From contig CAWGED010000005.1 of the NCBI GenBank assembly GCA_963821525.1, forward strand, positions 1,152,001-1,216,000: 64,000 nt of DNA, in the 5' to 3' direction. A model generated the notes under the pieces. It did not search any database, was not told the origin of the DNA, and worked only from the letters and a program-made list of their open reading frames with translations. Each line of letters begins with the position of its first letter. Within the stretch, counting starts at the first letter, position 1. Of the stretch, positions 40,723 through 52,255 are shown piece after piece. The DNA comes from an uncultured Gemmatimonadales bacterium (lineage in GTDB: Bacteria > Gemmatimonadota > Gemmatimonadetes > Gemmatimonadales > GWC2-71-9). A program made the position numbers and the translations under genes.

Positions 40723-41708
40723 CGGATGACCGCGCTGCCCCAGGTGAAACCGGCACCGAAGGCCACCAGCATCACCAGCATACCGGGCTTCAACCGGCCT
40801 TCCTCCTCGGCCTGTGCCAGAGCCAGCGGAATTGAGGCGGAGGAGGTATTGCCGTACCGGTCAACGTTGACCATCACCTTGCTCATCGGCAGTCCTGCGT
40901 GCTTCGCCGTCGCCTCGATGATCCGGATGTTGGCCTGGTGAGGAACCAGCAGATCGAGCTGCTCACCGGTGATCCCAGCGCGAGTAAGAGCCACGTCGCA
41001 GGCCTCGGCCATCTCGGTCACGGCGTGTTTGAAAACCTCGCGTCCGGCCATCTTCATGTAGTGGGACCGTTCCCGCACCACCTTCTCGCTGATCGGGTCA
41101 ACCGTGCCGCCGCCAGGAATGTGGAGCAGCAGTTTGAGCCGGCCGTCGGAGCGGATGAAGGTCGAGAGGATGCCGCGATCGCCGCCGGAGGTGCCCTGCA
41201 CCACCGCGGCTCCCGCCCCGTCGCCAAACAAGATCGCGGTTGAGCGATCCTGCGAATCGGTGATACTGGTGAGCTTCTCGCCGCCGATCACCAGGATCCG
41301 TTCTCCCTGGCCCGTCGCTATCAGTCCCTCCGCGATTGTCAGACCGTAGATGAACCCGGAACAGGCTGCGGCGATGTCGAAGGTGGCGGCTCGCTCGGCT
41401 CCCAACAGAGCCTGAATCTGGCAGGCAGTGGAGGGCAAGGGACTGTCCGGGGTCGCGGTCGCGACGATGATGCCGTCCAACTCGGATGCCGTGGTCCCGG
41501 CTCGGCAAAGCGCCTTCACCGCGGCATCCCTGCCCATGGTGGAAACGGTCTCGTCCGGCCTCGCGAAGCGACGCTCCCGGATCCCGGTGCGCTCCACGAT
41601 CCACTGATCGGAAGTGTCCAGCGTCTTCTCGAAGTCGGCGTTGGTGACGATCCGCTCGGGGATAGCGACGCCGAGTCCGGCGATGTAGGCAATGGGACGC
41701 TGGATCAT
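40716..41708 (-). CDS. fabH: 3-oxoacyl-ACP synthase III
   Basis: AACSGF, LFGDGAGA, PHQAN, GNTSSAS motifs. Confidence 0.97.
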   Translation of the reverse strand: MIQRPIAYIAGLGVAIPERIVTNADFEKTLDTSDQWIVERTGIRERRFARPDETVSTMGRDAAVKALCRAGTTASELDGIIVATATPDSPLPSTACQIQALLGAERAATFDIAAACSGFIYGLTIAEGLIATGQGERILVIGGEKLTSITDSQDRSTAILFGDGAGAAVVQGTSGGDRGILSTFIRSDGRLKLLLHIPGGGTVDPISEKVVRERSHYMKMAGREVFKHAVTEMAEACDVALTRAGITGEQLDLLVPHQANIRIIEATAKHAGLPMSKVMVNVDRYGNTSSASIPLALAQAEEEGRLKPGMLVMLVAFGAGFTWGSAVIRW

Positions 41709-42718
41709 GCGGTGTTGGCCGCTTCCCGCCGCGCGAACTCGACGCCGATCCGACCACTCAGGTCGTGTTCCACGGCCGTGACGGCTACCCGCACGGCGTT
41801 CTTGAACGCGTTGGGACTCGAACTGCCGTGACAGATGATGGAGACACCCTTTACCCCGAGAAGCGGTGCGCCGCCGTATTCCGAATAGTCGAGGTGCCGG
41901 AAGACTTCCCGAATATCCTTCCGTTCCAGAACGTCGGGCGCCTTCTTCCGCACCAGGCTCAGGATGAGCCGGGCGACCGATTCATAGAACTTGAGGACGA
42001 TATTCCCTACAAATCCATCGCAGACGACTACATCGAGCTGGCCCAGCTTGCTGTGTCCCGCGATGATGTCTCGGCCCTCGATATTGCCGATGTAATTCAG
42101 GTTCGGCGCCTGCTTGAGGAGCTGGTGCGCTTCCTTGGCGGTCGCGTTCCCCTTCTCCTCTTCTTCTCCGATGTTAAGCAATCCAACCTTGGGAGACGGT
42201 CGGCCCAGCACGTCGCGGGTGTAGACCGTTCCAAGGTAGGCGAACCCCAGAAGCTCCCGGGAAGTGCAGTCTACATTCGCCCCACCATCAACGACGAGAC
42301 ACGGCACATCTGAAGTCGGGAAGAGCGTCCCGACGGTAGCGCGTTCGACGCCGTCGTGAAGCCCGAGCAGGATGGTGGACGCGGCGAGAACCGCGCCGGT
42401 GTTGCCGGCGGAGATGAACGCGTCGGCCTCACCGACCTTTAACAGGCCGAGGCCGACCGAGATGCTGGATTGGGGCTTCTTGCGGACCGCCGAGAGCGGT
42501 TTCTCGTCCATCGCGATGACGTCGGGGGCGTGACAGACGCCGAGACGGCTCCGGTCTGCCTCCGGGTGTCGGGCGAGCTCGGCCTCAATGACGTCCGCCT
42601 TGCCAACCAGCACGATCCGGAGGGTCGCCGGCAACGTCGTCAGGGCCAGGATCGCCCCTTCGATCTCGGCCTGCGGGGCGTGATCGCCCCCCATGGCGTC
42701 GAGAGCGATGCGAATCAC
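41705..42718 (-). CDS. plsX: phosphate acyltransferase
   Basis: IALDAMGGDHAP, SAGNTGA, CDGFVGN, ICHGSS motifs. Confidence 0.97.
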   Translation of the reverse strand: MIRIALDAMGGDHAPQAEIEGAILALTTLPATLRIVLVGKADVIEAELARHPEADRSRLGVCHAPDVIAMDEKPLSAVRKKPQSSISVGLGLLKVGEADAFISAGNTGAVLAASTILLGLHDGVERATVGTLFPTSDVPCLVVDGGANVDCTSRELLGFAYLGTVYTRDVLGRPSPKVGLLNIGEEEEKGNATAKEAHQLLKQAPNLNYIGNIEGRDIIAGHSKLGQLDVVVCDGFVGNIVLKFYESVARLILSLVRKKAPDVLERKDIREVFRHLDYSEYGGAPLLGVKGVSIICHGSSSPNAFKNAVRVAVTAVEHDLSGRIGVEFARREAANTA

Positions 42719-42720
42719 CC

Positions 42721-42903
42721 TCAGGCGTCCTCGACCTCGACCATCTTCTTGCCGCGGTAATACCCGCAGGTGCCGCAGACGCGGTGCGGGATTTTGGGCG
42801 AGCCGCAGCGGGGGCAGGCCTGGTGCGCTATCACTGCGGCCTTGTGATGACCGCGACGAAGCCGCTTGCGAGACTTGGAGAGTTTTCGCTTGGGAACAGC
42901 CAT
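42721..42903 (-). CDS. rpmF: 50S ribosomal protein L32 (zinc-binding form)
   Basis: MAVPKRKLSKSRKRLRR, CPRC...HRVCGTCGYY. Confidence 0.98.
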   Translation of the reverse strand: MAVPKRKLSKSRKRLRRGHHKAAVIAHQACPRCGSPKIPHRVCGTCGYYRGKKMVEVEDA

Positions 42904-42910
42904 CCGATCC

Positions 42911-43381
42911 TCAGTTCGTTTCGGCCGAGACAGTGCACGAGCACGGTCCGGCGTTCAGGTCGGCTCCGCACCGGCTGCAGAGCCCGGCGCAGTCCTCCCG
43001 GCACAGCGGGAACCCGGTGGACGAGAGCGCCAGCTCCTCGCGCACCGCGTGGCGAACATCCACTCGGGACACTGGCTGGTCCAAGGGATAAACGCTGGGG
43101 TCGTCCGCGGCGTCCGGGTTGGCGCTGAAAAGCGCATCCACGTCCGTGGCGAACGGATAGGTGATCTCCGTGAGACAACGCCGGCAGGCCCCGCGAAAGC
43201 GGCCGGTTAGCGTGGCGTGCCAGAAAAACTCGGCCTGCCCAGTCTCCTGTAGACGGCCCCGCACTTCGACCGGCCCATCCAGCTCGAGCCCTAACCCTTC
43301 AAAGGCCGGATCGGCGGGCTCAAGCCGCCCCACAGTCTCCACCGGCCCCTTATGAAGGTCCCTCAGGTCGATCACCAACAT
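42911..43381 (-). CDS. yceD: DUF177/YceD family protein
   Basis: CRRCL and LCREDCAGLCSRCGADLN motifs; directly upstream of rpmF. Confidence 0.92.
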   Translation of the reverse strand: MLVIDLRDLHKGPVETVGRLEPADPAFEGLGLELDGPVEVRGRLQETGQAEFFWHATLTGRFRGACRRCLTEITYPFATDVDALFSANPDAADDPSVYPLDQPVSRVDVRHAVREELALSSTGFPLCREDCAGLCSRCGADLNAGPCSCTVSAETN

Positions 43382-43389
43382 AGCCGCGA

Positions 43390-43418
43390 ATGTTAGTCAG
43401 GACAACGACTTGGGTCAA
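43390..43418 (-). promoter_or_regulatory. sigma70 promoter for the yceD-rpmF-plsX-fab operon
   Basis: Minus strand TTGACC-17 nt-TAACAT, then 8 nt, then ATG. Confidence 0.68.
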
Positions 43419-43439
43419 GTTGCCCGACTCCGGTTTGGC

Positions 43440-43871
43440 CTATCTCCAGAGGCCGGCGAGCTCCCCTTCCGGGAAGAAGAAACCCACCTCCCGTGCCGCA
43501 TTCTCGTCGCTGTCCGACCCATGCACCGCGTTCCGACCCTTGGACTCGGCATACAGCTTCCGGATGGTCCCGGGTGCTGCATCGGCCGGGTCCGTGGCTC
43601 CAATCACCTTCCGGAAATGGGCCACGGCATCCGCTCGTTCCAGCGCCATCGGAAGGCAGGGCCCGCTGGTCATGAAGGCGACAAGATCGTCGTAGAATGG
43701 CCGGCCTTTATGTACCTCGTAGAAGGCTCCCGCCTGGGCGGTGGTCAGCCGAACCAGCCGAGCAGCGCGAAGGACGAAGCCCTCCTTCTGGAGGTGAGCG
43801 ATGATGAGGCCGGTCTTCCCGGTCTCAACCGCGTCGGGTTTCACGATGCCAAGGGTGATGTTGCCTGCCAC
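43440..43871 (-). CDS. ndk: nucleoside diphosphate kinase
   Basis: IVKPDAV, FMTSGP, GTIR, NAVHGSDS motifs. Confidence 0.97.
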   Translation of the reverse strand: MAGNITLGIVKPDAVETGKTGLIIAHLQKEGFVLRAARLVRLTTAQAGAFYEVHKGRPFYDDLVAFMTSGPCLPMALERADAVAHFRKVIGATDPADAAPGTIRKLYAESKGRNAVHGSDSDENAAREVGFFFPEGELAGLWR

Positions 43872-43900
43872 TCTGCCTCCGTTGGTGTAGTTACCCAGTG

Positions 43901-44818
43901 CTATGACTCACGTTTTACACTGCCAATCACCTTCCGAACCAGGTCGCTGCGAACCAGGATGCCGACCAGTGCCCCTTCCTTCACCACGGGGATCCGGTCG
44001 AGATCCTTGTGGGCCATCAGGGCGGCGGCTTCGGCGACAGTCTGATGCTCGTCAACGCAGATGACATTGCGTCGCATGGCCTCGCGAACCGGTAACTCCC
44101 GTGGATCTGCGATTACTCGACCTGCCGCCTTCCGCACCGCCATCACCTTGCCGGTGGTCAACTGCTGGATGTAAGACGGCACCAGGTAATCGAGCAGCTC
44201 CGCCTGGGAAACGACTCCCAGGACCTCATTGCGTTGGCCCACCACCGGCAGCGTCTCGAGACTGCGCCGAACCATCAGCGCGGCGGCATCGCCGAGAGAG
44301 GTCTCGGGCGCGATGCTGATCACCGGCGCCATGATGTCTCCCACCCGAAGCGGACCTTCGATGATCAGGTCACGCAACGCGGGAACGGCAAGCACCTCTT
44401 CCGGGCTGGTCGCGCCGAAGATGGCCTTTCTTGAATCGGGATCGGCCAGCACCCGGGCAAACGCCGCGACCGTTTGCAGGTACGCGGCGGCCTCTTTCAC
44501 CGGTGCCACTACCAGCAGCACTCCGCGCGCCCTGCGTCTGGCCTTGGGCGAACGGGGAATCGGCTTCGGCGCGATTCCCAGCGCAACCACCACACTCGAG
44601 ACGGCGTCGGTCCTGAAGTGCGGAAGGAAGAAATCCGCGCCCACCGTGAGCGTGTCTTCGGGGGAGGCCTCCGCAATTATGCTTTCCAGCCGCGTAGTGT
44701 CCGTCACCCTCCCGTCGGCGGCGCACGCGGCCACCAGCTTCATGACCGCCTCGGGGAGGTTACGCGCCTCGAGCGGAACGAGGACGCGGCGGGAACTCAG
44801 CAGCCCGGCAGCAGTCAC
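43901..44818 (-). CDS. PTS EIIA (Fru/Ntr-type) domain fused to a CBS pair
   Basis: FFLPHFR (EIIA PH motif), [12 protein letters not shown], then two CBS repeats (VGDIMAP...LPVVG...GVVS; VREAM...[18 protein letters not shown]). Confidence 0.8.
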   Translation of the reverse strand: MTAAGLLSSRRVLVPLEARNLPEAVMKLVAACAADGRVTDTTRLESIIAEASPEDTLTVGADFFLPHFRTDAVSSVVVALGIAPKPIPRSPKARRRARGVLLVVAPVKEAAAYLQTVAAFARVLADPDSRKAIFGATSPEEVLAVPALRDLIIEGPLRVGDIMAPVISIAPETSLGDAAALMVRRSLETLPVVGQRNEVLGVVSQAELLDYLVPSYIQQLTTGKVMAVRKAAGRVIADPRELPVREAMRRNVICVDEHQTVAEAAALMAHKDLDRIPVVKEGALVGILVRSDLVRKVIGSVKRES

Positions 44819-45684
44819 ATCTGTTTTCGGAGGAGCGCGATCACGTCCGCGGGTCGGCGCATGACCCCGATTCCAGCCGCCTCGAATGCCGCCATCTTCT
44901 CTTCCGCCGTGCCCGACGAGCCGGAGATGATCGCCCCGGCATGGCCCATGCGACGTCCCTTCGGCGCGGTCTGGCCCGCGATGAATCCGACCACCGGCTT
45001 AGTGACATACTCCTTCACGAAGGCGGCGGCGTTCTGCTCGTCGGTTCCACCGATCTCGCCCAGCATGACGATGGCATCGGTTGCCGGGTCGTCCTGAAAG
45101 CCCCGCAGGCAGTCGATGAAATTGGTGCCGATCAGCGGATCGCCGCCGATTCCGACGCAGCTACTCTGGCCCAGACCGTTGCGGGTGAGTTGGTGCACCA
45201 CCTCGTAGGTGAGGGTCCCGCTTCGGGAGACCAGCCCCACCCGGCCCGGAATACAGATGTTCCCGGGAATGATTCCGATCTTGCACGCCCCTGGGGTAAT
45301 CAGCCCGGGGCAGTTCGGACCAATCAGACGAGCACCCCGCTCCTTCACGTAGGGCATGACCTTGGTGAGATCCAGGACGGGCACGCCTTCGGTGATGCAC
45401 ACGATGAGGGAGATACCAGCGTCGGCGGCCTCGAAGATCGCTCCGGCCGCGCCCATTGGAGGCACGTAGATCACCGAGGCATTCGCCTCGGTCGCCCGAA
45501 CCGCCTCGGCGACGGTATTGAAGATTGGAACCCCGGGGGCGAAGGTCTGACCTCCCTTCCCCGGAGTGACCCCGGCGACGAGCCGGGTGCCATACTCGAG
45601 CATTTGCCTGGCGTGGAAGGAGCCGTCACGGCCGGTGATGCCCTGGACGATGAGGCGGGTGTTCCCGTCGGCGAAGATGCTCAT
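44815..45684 (-). CDS. sucD: succinyl-CoA synthetase alpha subunit
   Basis: [28 protein letters not shown] motifs. Confidence 0.98.
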   Translation of the reverse strand: MSIFADGNTRLIVQGITGRDGSFHARQMLEYGTRLVAGVTPGKGGQTFAPGVPIFNTVAEAVRATEANASVIYVPPMGAAGAIFEAADAGISLIVCITEGVPVLDLTKVMPYVKERGARLIGPNCPGLITPGACKIGIIPGNICIPGRVGLVSRSGTLTYEVVHQLTRNGLGQSSCVGIGGDPLIGTNFIDCLRGFQDDPATDAIVMLGEIGGTDEQNAAAFVKEYVTKPVVGFIAGQTAPKGRRMGHAGAIISGSSGTAEEKMAAFEAAGIGVMRRPADVIALLRKQM

Positions 45685-46821
45685 GCCGCCCCCTTTGCCA
45701 CTTCAACCACTTTCTGAACCGCTTCATCCATGTCGTTAAGGGCCTGCATCCCTGCGGCCTTCAGGATCCGAACGGCTTCTTCTTCATTGGTACCGGTGAG
45801 CCTGATGACGAGAGGCACGTTCACCTTGAACTGCTTCATCGCCGTGAGGATGCCATTCGCGACGTCATCGGTGCGAGTAATCCCGCCGAAGATGTTAAAG
45901 AGGATTGCCTTCACCTCGGGATCGCCGGTGATGATCTTGAGGGCGTTGACCACCTTCTCCGGATTCGAGCTGCCGCCGATGTCGAGGAAGTTGGCCGGCT
46001 GGCCGCCGTAGTATTTGACCAGGTCCATGGTGGCCATCGCGAGACCCGCCCCGTTCACGACACAGCCGACGTTCCCGCTCAGCTTGATGAAGGTCAGGTT
46101 CGCTTTGCGCGCCGCGACCTCGCTCGGCTCCTCGGCGCTCTCGTCCCGCAATTGGGCCGAGGTCCGGCCGGCGGTCGAGCTCGTTGTCGTCGATGATCAC
46201 CTTGGCGTCGAGGGCAAGCACCTTCCCGTCAGGAGTGCTCACCAGAGGATTGATCTCCGTCAGGGTGCACCCATTGGAGATGAAAATCTGGTAGAGCTGC
46301 TCGAGTATCTTCGCCGTAGCGCGTACTTGAGTGATGTCGCTGAAGAGCGTGAAGGCGAGAGTCAGGGCCTGGTGCGGGAGGAGACCGTAACGCGGGTCCA
46401 CCGCCAGCCGGGTGATCTTCTCGGGAGTCGTCGCAGCGACTTCTTCGATGTCGATGCCGCCGGCGGCACTCACCATGAAGACAGGCCGTTGCGTTGCGCG
46501 GTCGAGGATCAATCCGGCGTAGGCTTCGGTCGCAATGTCGGCGGCAGGGACCACCAGGACCTTCTGAACCGTGAGTCCCTTGATCTGCATCCCAAGAATC
46601 TTCTTTGCCGCTTCGGCTGCTTCTTTCGGCGTGGAGGCCAGCTTTACGCCGCCCGCCTTGCCCCGGCCGCCGACGTGGACCTGAGCTTTGACTACGACCT
46701 GTCCGTTCAGCCGTCGGGCAATCGCCTCCGCCTCGGCGGGCGTCGTAGCGACGTCGCCGTCGGGCATCGGTATGCCGCCGGCGCGAAATAGTGCCCGGCC
46801 CTGGTACTCGTGGAGGTTCAC
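45681..46821 (-). CDS. sucC: succinyl-CoA synthetase beta subunit (1-nt insertion near 46158)
   Basis: [22 protein letters not shown]-part [18 protein letters not shown]. Confidence 0.95.
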
Positions 46822-46889
46822 AGAGACCTCGTCAAAAGAAAGCGATCTGAAGCCTGGTCCGGCGGATTGGCAGGGCCGGCGCGGGCGGG

Positions 46890-46918
46890 AAACTAGCCTT
46901 CGGTCAGTGTGGTAACAA
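46890..46918 (-). promoter_or_regulatory. putative sigma70 promoter for sucCD
   Basis: Minus strand TTGTTA-17 nt-TAGTTT in the intergenic gap. Confidence 0.5.
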
Positions 46919-46920
46919 GT

Positions 46921-49375
46921 TCAGAACTGCTGACGATTCTCTTTGGCGTTGAGCATCCGGCGAAGCGCATCGAATGCGCGGCCGAACGCGGCCATATCGC
47001 CCCGTTTCAGGGCGGAATCAGCCGCAGCCATGAGGCGACGGGCCTCCTCGAGACGGTTGGCATGTCCCGCAGCGGCTACGAGCGGTGCGGTGATGCCGAA
47101 CATGTTTTGCCAGGCCTCGAACAGGTCGTGGCCTGCCCCGCCCCGCCCCTGGCTCGCGATGCTGACCCAGACCAATGCGGGCGTCTCACCCGAATTCCAG
47201 GCCACGTGCGGCTGATACGCCCCGAGTCCCGCGGGACCCAGCCAGTATCGCACCGGTGCTGCCTGCAATTGGCCCCCGGCACCGAGTACCGAGTCGCGGA
47301 TCTGTTCGTAGGTGGGGAAGCGGCCCCAGCGGCTTTCCAGCATTTGCGGAGACGGCAGTGTACTGGAGCTGTCAAACCGAACCAGTTTGAGCGATTCCCA
47401 CCCATCGACCATCCGCGCCTGCAGCAGGGATGCGACCGCACGTTCCCCTTCGTTCTCAAAGACGACCAGAGACTGAAGACCGGAGGTATCCGGCTCCCAT
47501 ACCGATTCGGGGACCGGGTTCCCGCCGCCCATCGAATCGGGGCGTGCGACCATTCTTCCGATTCCCCAGTCCTGTCCCTCCATCACCCTTCCCTGTACCT
47601 GAAGTAGCTCGGCTGGATAGGGGACGACCCTACCGATCTCGGGTGGAATCGAGTTGGCCGGCAACACCACGCCGCCGGCGATATCGAGCCAGGCCTCCGC
47701 GACCTTGTCGGCGGTATGCCGCAGATAAATGCGGGTCTCTCCCGATTCTGCCTCGATGACACCGACGAAGTCGGCGCGAAGGGTGCCGATTCGCTGACCC
47801 CGCCAGCGCACCCGGCTCGCGATCGGGAAGGTCTGTGAAGCGATGTACCCGTCGGAGATCCAGACCAGATTGCCGTTCACTATGCGGGGGACCGCAACAC
47901 TCCATGAGGCGAACGGCGCGAGCCGGTCGAGCCGCGCCGCGGGGGTCAGATACCAGCGAGCCCGCGCGTCAGTCTCGACTTTCCCGAGCAGGCTACTGGA
48001 TTGCAGCGCCCAAGCGAGCACAACCCGGCGAAGCGCGCCTCCGACCCGAACACCTCGCGGACGCGGTATCCAGGACGACATTCGGAGCGCCGGGCCATAC
48101 GGCGCTCCGGCTGAGGCGAAGCCGGGTGGCCGGCTGGGTCGAGGGAATGCTGTCGCCGCCCGGATAGTAGAGCGGCTTTCCATCATCGCTGGTCTGGTCA
48201 TCGGCGATCGCCGTAATACTCGAGCCCTGCTCGCCAGCTCCCCGGACGATGAGCCAGACCGGTCGGGGGCGTCGCAGAACGGGGAGCACGGCACGGTCGG
48301 CACCGAGAACTTCTCCCGAGTCGGACGCTGGAAGCCGGGTGACGATCGAAGCCGACCAGAGCGTCGGCGGATTCGGCATGCGAGGAGCCGCATCCGGACG
48401 ATCGCTGGTCGAGTCCCGCAAGCCGGTGAGACCGTAGGCCAGCGCCTCGAGCCGGCGCCGATCCATCTGGTCAACCGGCGAGGGGCGAGCGCCGGCCAGC
48501 AACGCCGGGAAAACATGGTGCCCGACCAGCGACACAGTGATGAGGACACCCCAGCCAGCGGCCATCAGCACGTGATTGGCGCGCCAGGCCCAGACCAACG
48601 AGAGTGCCGCGGTCATGAGCGCCACACCCGCCAGGATCTGGGTGGTTATCCGCTGATAATTGAAGAGGCCCAGCTGAGTGCCGCCCCCGATTCCAGAGAC
48701 CAGCTCGTACGGCTCGAGCAGATATCCCCAGACGAGGCACAGCGCCAACGCCGCCAGCAGCATGCCGAGGTGCACCCGGGCATGACTATTCAGGGCGAGG
48801 TGGCTGTCGGTCCACCGCACGGCCCCGATCACGACATAGAGGGTGAGCACTCCTCCCAGGCCCAGGAGCACCAGGAGTAACGCGTGCCCGTGCAACGATC
48901 GCCAGAGTGGAAGCTGGGCGAGGTACAATCCGAGATCGTGACCGAGCAGCGGCTCGGTTTCTCCGTAGCGCACGCCAGTCCAGGCCAGCGCCAGCGTCGG
49001 AGTCCAATCGCTCAGTCCTCTCCCGACGATGAAACCCAGCAAGGCTCCACTCGCGACACCGCCGAATATCAGGACTCGGGTATTGAGCGCCTCACGAATC
49101 TCGAGATTGGCAAGCTGCCGGGGGACCTGAACCGATCCGATGGCGCGGAAGACGATCAGCAGGTGGCCGATGAACCAGGCACAGGCGATCAGGACGCCGC
49201 CCGCCTCGAGGGTAAAGCGAAGAAGATTCCAGTCCATCACGAAGCGGGAAGCCTCGGGCGAGACCAGCTCGGCCCACCACCGATCGGCGAGGAGTGCGGC
49301 TCCCCAGCGTCCCACGAAGAGCAGGATGACGAGCGCCGAGAGGCTCAGCGCGATCGTGACCCCGCGGCGGCTCAT
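46921..49375 (-). CDS. UPF0182 family membrane protein (frameshift near 48060)
   Basis: N-half with TM helices, ADRWW, EPLLGHDLGLYLAQLP. C-half RLDRLAPF, LVWISDGY...FP, ending ALKRGDMAAFGRAFDAL. Confidence 0.78.
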
Positions 49376-50734
49376 ACCCTTCCTGCCAGCCAGCCCAGGA
49401 CCTCGGCCTGGTATTCGTCGCGGGAGGCCGCGTCGCTGGCTTCGAACCGGAGCACCAGGACGGGTTGGGTATTGGAGGCGCGGATGAGTCCCCAGCCCTT
49501 GGGGAAGGTCATGCGGACACCATCGATGTTGTTGACCGGATAGCGGGCCCCGAACCATTCGGCCGCGGCCTTCACCACCTCGAACTTGGTCTCATCCGGA
49601 CAGTCCACCCGGATCTCGGGAGTCGCAAAGGTCCTGGGAATATCGGCCAGCAGCCGGCTGAGCCCGCCCGGTTCGGCAGACACGATCTCGAGCAGGCGCG
49701 CCGCAGCGAAGAGCGCGTCGTCGAACCCGAAGTAGTCGCCGCCGAAGAACATGTGGCCGCTCATCTCGCCGGCGAGCGGAGCGTCAAGCTCCTTCATCCG
49801 CGCCTTGATGAGCGAATGACCGGTCTTCCAGAGCTCGGGCCGGGCCCCTGCTTTCTTCAGCATCTGAGGAAGCACCTCGGAGCACTTTACGTCGAAGATG
49901 ACCGGTACGCCCACCCCGAACCTGCGAACCGCGTCGCGGCCATAGAGCACGAGGAGCTGGTCCCCGTAGATGATCTGGCCCGACGTCATCCACCGCGCCG
50001 ATGCGGTCGGCATCACCATCGAACGCGATTCCCAGCTCGGCGCCGGTCCGGCGAACCTCGGCTTGAAGATCGGCGAGATTCTCCGGAACGGTGGGATCGG
50101 GATGGTGATTGGGGAAGGTTCCGTCGGATTCGCAGAAGAGCGGCGTCACTTCGGCGCCGAGCGTCCTCAGGGTCGAAACCGCGATCAGGCTGCCGACTCC
50201 GTTGCCACAATCCACCACGACATGCACCGGACGTTCGAGCCGGTTGCGCTCGACGATGGCCTCGCGGTAGGAGGGGAGGACGGAGGTGTCGTGTCGCTCG
50301 CTGCCCCGCCCCGTCCGCCAGGTCTCGCCAGAAATGATGTCGTAGAGCGCGCCGATACCGTCGCCGTGCAGCGACTCTCCGGCGAGCACCATCTTGAAGC
50401 CGTTGAACTCGGGAGGATTGTGGGAGCCGGTGACCTGGAGTCCGCCGTCGGTCTTCAGGGCATGAACCGCGAAGTAGAGCGCCGGCGTGGGCAACATTCC
50501 CACATCGACGGCCGTCGCCCCCGTCTGGGCAATGCCGGAACGGACCGCGGCAGCGAGACTCTCGCCTGAAGGACGATTGTCCCGGCCCACCGCGAGAACC
50601 GGGGGACGTCCCAGGCGATCCCAGGCCGCGGTGGCATACGCGCGCCCAAGGGCGAGGGCAAAGTCGGACGTCAGTTCCTCATCGACCAACCCCCGGATGT
50701 CGTATTGGCGGAAAATGGAGCGTGGGGCCTGCAC
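49372..50734 (-). CDS. phosphomannomutase/phosphoglucomutase (AlgC-like; frameshift near 49985)
   Basis: IFRQYDIRG, TGSHNP, FDGDADR, GEMSGH, RASNTQP motifs. Confidence 0.92.
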
Positions 50735-50742
50735 GCCCGCTC

Positions 50743-52255
50743 CTAGCGGCCGGCTACCGCGGAGGCAGCGCCATTCAACAGCGACGCCGCACTGGCTCCC
50801 GCGGCGTTGAGGAGTTCGGTGGGCCAGACTCCGAACACGAGCGTCGCGATGATGGCGATCGTGACCGTGGCTGCGGCGGCGGGTGCAAGCTTCACCGAGT
50901 AGTAGACGAGTGGCGCCCGGGCGGGACGCATGTACATCGCCATGATCACCGGAAGGTAGTATCCCGCCGATACCACCGTGGTCAGGACCAGCACCACCGC
51001 GAGCGCGGCGTTCTTCTCTGCGATCACGGCGGAGAGGATGTACCACTTGCCGATGAACCCGAGGGTTCCGGGGAAGCCCAGCAGGGAGAGCATGCAGACC
51101 GCGAGGCCGAAGGCAAGCCAGGGCCGACTCTGTGCCAGCCCGGAGATCTCGGCCAGTGTAACGTCTCGCTCTCCACCGGTGCCCAGGGCGCTCAGGATCC
51201 CGAACGCGGCGAACGTGGTGACGCCGTAGGCGATGAGATAGAGCAACAATGATGCGGTGCCGAGCGGGCTCCCGGGCCAGAGTGCGACCAGGAGATACCC
51301 GGCGTGGGCGACCGAGCTGTACGCCAGCAGCCGCTTGAGCGATCGTCTGGTTGAGTGCCACCAGATTACCCAAAACCATCGTCACCACCGCGAGCACCCA
51401 GATCACCGGCCGCCATTGAGGCGCGGCCTGAGGGAAGCAGGACAGCAGCACGCGGGCGAACGCGACGAACGCCGCCGCCTTGACTCCCGTCGCCATGAAA
51501 CCGGTGACCGGAGTAGGCGCTCCCTCGTAAACGTCCGGAGTCCACATGTGGAACGGGACCGCTGCCACCTTGAAGCCGAACCCGATCAGGAGCAGGCCCA
51601 TCCCGAGCAGACCCATCACCGGGATCGGGCGATCGGCGAACTGAGCCCCGATCAGCGCCAGATTGGTGCTGCCGGTGGAGCCGTACAGCAAGGCGATCCC
51701 GTAGAGCAGGAACCCGGAGGCGAAGGCGCCGATGAGGAAGTATTTGAGGCCGGCTTCGGATGAGGCAGGGCTCCTCCGGTCATAGCCGGCGAGCACGTAG
51801 ACCGCCATGGACATCGTCTCCAGCGCGAGGAAGAAGACGATGAGGTCCTGCGAGGCGGTCATGAACATCAGGCCGACGGTCCCGAGCAGCAGCAGCACGT
51901 AGTACTCGGGCGCGGTGATTCCCTCGCGCTCCAGGTAGCCGATCGAGAGCAGCGTGCTGGCGAGAGCGAGCACGAGCACCAAGGCCGACGACAGATAGCG
52001 GAATCCGTCCATGGCGATCATGAACGGCAGGCCTTCGCTCTCGAACTGCTGCATGGCCAGCCACGCCAGCGCCGCCCCGGTCAGCGATCAGCGAGGCGAC
52101 GCTGAGCCAGCCGGCGAGACGGCTGTCCGCCGGCGGTCTCGTGGCGCCAGCTCACGACCAGCAGCACCAGCATCGCGCAGATCGAGAGTACGATCTCCGG
52201 GAGTGAGGGAGAGCGTTATCCCGAGCGGTGAGGTGAGATCGAGCACCGGGTTCAT
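50743..52255 (-). CDS. nuoN: NADH-quinone oxidoreductase subunit N (several frameshifts)
   Basis: EAGLKYFLIG, FKVAAVPFHMWTPDVYEGAP, SLLGFPGTLGFIGK spread across frames; ATG at 52255. Confidence 0.9.

Noticed and set aside
49784..52054. 756-aa ORF that looks like a NuoN-phosphomannomutase fusion
   Set aside because: A frameshift near 51340 moves nuoN into an off-frame stretch that runs into the PMM frame. The true NuoN C-terminus is ORF 50743-51249 with its own stop.
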